Assembly: GCF_026210795.1 (NCBI RefSeq)
Contig: NC_089436.1
Location: 1,860,001 to 1,924,000, forward strand
Source: Rhizophagus irregularis
Taxonomy: Eukaryota
Reading direction: 5' to 3'
Length of the DNA stretch: 64,000 nucleotides
Shown: piece by piece, positions 63,450 through 64,000 of the stretch
Layout of the letters: every line of letters starts with the position of its first letter
Numbering within the stretch: position 1 is the first letter of the stretch
The notes under the pieces: model-generated
Database searches by the model: none
Seen by the model: only the letters and a program-made list of their open reading frames with translations
What the model was told of the DNA's origin: nothing
Program-made: the position numbers and the translations under genes

Positions 63450-64000
63450 AAAAACATAGAGTCCTCAAATTCGGAAAGTACTAAAACAGAAATTGACAGA
63501 GAAGCCCTAATTAACATGCAAGCATTTAAGATGACAAAGAAAATGCCGTCTACAAATAGCAGAAAAAGGAGTTTGTGTATACATACCAGGACTGTATATT
63601 AGTATTGAGACAAATTATTAGAAAGAACAAGACAGAAAAGTGTACAATACAACATTGGATTATGAATAGTAATAACCAGAGTGAGGATAGCGGTATACAT
63701 AAAATCATACAATATTGCAGCGGCTGCAGATTAAACGATAGAAAGGTCAATAAAGAAAACTATAATTGCCACTTCAACAAGGACTATTCAGACTTAACTT
63801 GTATAAACAGGATTTTTAATTGCCAAAATAGCCTGGATAAAAAAAATATTAAAGATATTATAGAGATAAGAAATCACTTAGGGAAATAACATATCTTATA
63901 TCTTAGAACAAATACCCGTACTTATACAGACATATGATTATGATACAGCCCTCATCAGAAACACATTATCAAATGAGGAAGCTATGATACAACATATAGC
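63450..64000 (+). mobile_element. Possible degraded retroelement (non-LTR-like) coding remnant
   Basis: A-rich, stop-interrupted coding-like sequence with IQHW...CSGCRLN; no RT or RNase H motif visible in the window. Confidence 0.3.

Overview
Very AT-rich eukaryotic DNA with short spliceosomal introns. Composition, intron style and the F-box/LRR, MATH-BTB and MYND families are most consistent with a Glomeromycota-type (arbuscular mycorrhizal) or related early-diverging fungus; this is an inference. Positions 1-55 kb hold about 20 mostly intron-split genes: a GUP1-like MBOAT 3' end, TSR4/PDCD2-like, F-box/LRR, LAS1, a PTM1/TMEM87-like 7TM protein, two tandem MATH-BTB paralogues, an Rnl2/REL-type RNA ligase, a secreted animal-type heme peroxidase, an ACAD10-like APH kinase, HIS1, a GRAM-like protein, a MYND protein, an alpha/beta hydrolase, a PAP2 phosphatase, the CCH1 channel, tRNA-Arg(UCG) and GUA1. 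Four small spliced genes are missed or only partly shown by the ORF track: acylphosphatase, SOM1-like, PLDc_N and an orphan. From about 56.4 kb to the end is a nest of DNA transposons. Highlights: (1) an intron-containing T4 Rnl2/kinetoplastid REL-type RNA ligase with all motifs intact; (2) two textbook U12-type AT-AC introns, in PTM1 and CCH1; (3) a 4.27-kb TIR element with a 9-bp TSD whose decayed ~920-aa transposase-like ORF ends in a RING-H2-like finger, with a deletion derivative and twin hAT-type MITEs nearby; (4) a secreted MPO/peroxidasin-like peroxidase with a Pro/Ala/Lys tail. Exon boundaries were read by eye and no searches were run.
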